DNA of 38,958 nt from a bacterium (GTDB lineage: Bacteria; Eisenbacteria; RBG-16-71-46): the NCBI GenBank assembly GCA_043779265.1, contig JAYWEM010000096.1:1-38958 (forward strand). The letters run 5' to 3'. A program made the position numbers and the translations under genes. The notes below the pieces were generated by a model. The model did not search any database. It was not told the origin of the DNA and was given only the letters and a program-made list of their open reading frames with translations. Within the stretch, counting starts at the first letter, position 1. Every line of letters begins with the position of its first letter. Shown here piece by piece: positions 37,063 through 38,958 of the stretch.

Positions 37063-37770
37063 TCACTCCGTCGCTGGCGCGGCAGCCTTCTTCGGGAACT
37101 CCAGACTCCAGCGGGTCAGCAGCTTGGTGATCGTCTCCTGGAACGTCGGCGCTCCGCCCTGATTGGTCATCGGGGTGTTGTTGAGCCCGCTGGACTTGAT
37201 CCCCACCGCACTGGCGTTGGCATCCTGATACGGACCCTCCAACGTCTCCCCGCCACTCGCCGACCACAGCAGACGTCCCGTCGAGTCCACCAGTGCCGCC
37301 TTCAATTGCACCGTCGTGGTCGGATGGCCCGACTGGTTGAACTCGAGGATGCGCTGTTCCCACTGGTCGACGCGCACCGTGAGCACCGCCCTCGTCCGCG
37401 CCGCCTTGCAGATCGCAGCAGCCGAGAGCGAATCGATCCGCTCGTGCTTGAGGACGATCTGGTTCACGGCATCGATCAACGAATCGCCACCCGCCCGACG
37501 GAGGAATTCGCGCGACGTGGTGGCCGAGACCCAGCGATGCCCGCTGCCCCGGAACGACTGGCCGATCGACATCTCCGTCGTGCGGCGCGCCTCGAGACTC
37601 CCATCGAACGTGACCACCGGCAGCAGCGCGATGCTGCCGAGCGGAATGCTTCCGATCTCCGGGGACGCCCAGATCCGGTCCACCGATCGGCCCTTCTTCT
37701 GTGCCGAGGCCGCGAGCGGAGCCGAGAGCCACAGGGCCAGCGAGATGATCGCGATCGCGCCGAGTCTCAT
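37063..37770 (-). CDS. Secreted hypothetical protein, possibly DUF799/LpoB/CsgG-like alpha-beta fold
   Basis: ATG 37770 overlaps the upstream stop; signal ending ASA-Q; SIALLP..AVLTVRVDQW..LVDSTGRLLWS pattern. Fold call is tentative. Confidence 0.7.
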   Translation of the reverse strand: MRLGAIAIISLALWLSAPLAASAQKKGRSVDRIWASPEIGSIPLGSIALLPVVTFDGSLEARRTTEMSIGQSFRGSGHRWVSATTSREFLRRAGGDSLIDAVNQIVLKHERIDSLSAAAICKAARTRAVLTVRVDQWEQRILEFNQSGHPTTTVQLKAALVDSTGRLLWSASGGETLEGPYQDANASAVGIKSSGLNNTPMTNQGGAPTFQETITKLLTRWSLEFPKKAAAPATE

Positions 37771-38147
37771 GGTGCCCCCGGCTTGAGGACACCGGCCGTG
37801 AGCGGCGTCATCGCGATGGTCGCCGCTTGGGGACAGCGCGGGCAGAGGCCCGCCTTCTCGACGGGCTTCGAGTCGACCGGACACGAGTAGTCCACTCGCG
37901 AGTGCACCAGGTCGGCATCGCACATCGTGCACATGCCGGCGCGGTCGTAGACCATGTCGCACTTGGGGCAGTCCCAGACCTCGCGCTCGTCGCTGAGCAC
38001 GGGGATCTCGACCGGCACGTGCGCGGCCGAACCCGGCGCGACCGCGCGACTGGCGGCGACCGGCGATGGCGGAGCCTCGGCGGCGGGCGGTGCGGCTCCG
38101 CAACCCGACAACACCGCGAGCAGTGAGAACAGGGCGATCGCTCTCAT
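37767..38147 (-). CDS. Small lipoprotein with two heavy-metal-binding (HMBD-like) Cys repeats
   Basis: ATG 38147 (SD GAGGTG); lipobox LSG-C; WDCPKC..GMCTMC..L and YSCPVD..GLCPRC. Confidence 0.78.
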   Translation of the reverse strand: MRAIALFSLLAVLSGCGAAPPAAEAPPSPVAASRAVAPGSAAHVPVEIPVLSDEREVWDCPKCDMVYDRAGMCTMCDADLVHSRVDYSCPVDSKPVEKAGLCPRCPQAATIAMTPLTAGVLKPGAP

Positions 38148-38248
38148 TCGTTCACCTCGATTGGCGAAGACTCCCCACACCGGACTGGCTTCCGCGGGAA
38201 TGACCATGACGGCCGCGCGAGTGTAGCGCGCGGCCGTCAGGAGTGATA

Positions 38249-38325
<77 letters not shown>

Positions 38326-38372
38326 ACCTCAGCCTTCGAGGCAGAAACGGACCCGGCCAGGGTCCGCGGTAA

Positions 38373-38464
38373 TGGCGGAGAGGAGAGGATTCGAACCTCC
38401 GGTTCAGTTTTACCCGAACAACCGCTTAGCAGGCGGCTGCCTTCAGCCACTCGGCCACCTCTCC
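38373..38464 (-). tRNA. tRNA-Ser(GCT)
   Basis: GGAGAGGTGGCCGAGTGG..CCT-GCT-AA, long variable arm, GGTTCGAATCC, ends CCA; 92 nt. Confidence 0.97.
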
Positions 38465-38475
38465 AAAAATGAAAC

Positions 38476-38561
38476 TGGCGGAGGGAGTAGGATTCGAACC
38501 CACGGAGCTTTCGCTCAGCGGTTTTCAAGACCGCCGCCTTAAGCCACTCGGCCATCCCTCC
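38476..38561 (-). tRNA. tRNA-Ser(TGA)
   Basis: GGAGGGATGGCCGAGTGG..CT-TGA-AA, variable arm, GGTTCGAATCC, ends CCA; 86 nt. Confidence 0.97.
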
Positions 38562-38579
38562 ACCGATACAGCCGACATC

Positions 38580-38608
38580 ACGTTACGGTGGATGGCCGGG
38601 CGCCTCAA
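38580..38608 (-). promoter_or_regulatory. Sigma70 promoter of the tRNA cluster
   Basis: TTGAGG-N17-TAACGT, ending 18 nt upstream of tRNA-Ser(TGA). Confidence 0.65.
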
Positions 38609-38958
38609 GACGCGCCGGGCGCCATTCCAGCCGCCCCTCGTCTCCTGCTTCCCTCGCCTACCCCAACGGTAGTCGTCGGCACGCTCTGGGTCGGCGCTCT
38701 CCGCGATGCGGAGCCGTCCCACAGGGTGCGAGCTTCTACCGAAGGGCGGCCAAGCTACCATCGTGCCGAGAGCGCTGGCAAGCGGCGCCGGGGCTTCAGG
38801 TTCCGGCCGGCCGTCCGATACGAGAGAGGGTCGACGTCCTCGGCTCAGAAACGCGCCTGCCCCTCCCCATGAGGCCCGTGTTGCGCCGAGGTTCCGAGAC
38901 AGGCTTGCCGTCCGGCCCCCGAAGCCCGAGATCATGACCCGTGACCGAGAGACGACGC

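Noticed and set aside
38668..38760. c-di-GMP-I riboswitch (GGTAG..CTACC pairing, GCGGCCAAGCTACC end)
   Set aside because: The conserved GGCAAA/GCAAA elements and GNRA tetraloop are missing.

Overview
High-GC bacterial window, mostly minus-strand accessory genes. Seven proteins or remnants end in a FlgD-Ig/T9SS-like C-terminal domain. With the abundant Ser/Thr kinases this suggests an FCB-related lineage such as Ca. Eisenbacteria (inference only). From the left: a partial NDP-forming acyl-CoA synthetase; two back-to-back 5'-truncated surface-protein remnants; and a co-directional block of ECF sigma, membrane kinase with a DUF4384-like domain and signal-peptide-bearing TPR-CHAT protease. Downstream of that block is a four-gene secreted operon: a small 'GGFW' protein with the sorting domain, a phage-like fibre with a peptidase-G2 chaperone, an RWGDY-type protein and a trypsin-like protease, the last two sharing a C-terminal module. 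Next come a TPR lipoprotein, two secreted multidomain proteins, a stand-alone YopT/C58-like cysteine protease, HEAT and CsgG-SH3 genes, tandem kinase-beta-propeller paralogs with a PP2C missing one metal ligand, a frameshifted MFS, YdeI, a P450, a GT-C-like protein, a Kelch protein, tadA and three tRNAs (Ser-TGA, Ser-GCT, Arg-ACG). The best candidate for an undescribed system is 3057-14082: possible proteolytic trans-envelope signalling linked to a fibre/adaptor surface apparatus. All family calls are from motif recognition by eye; no searches were run.
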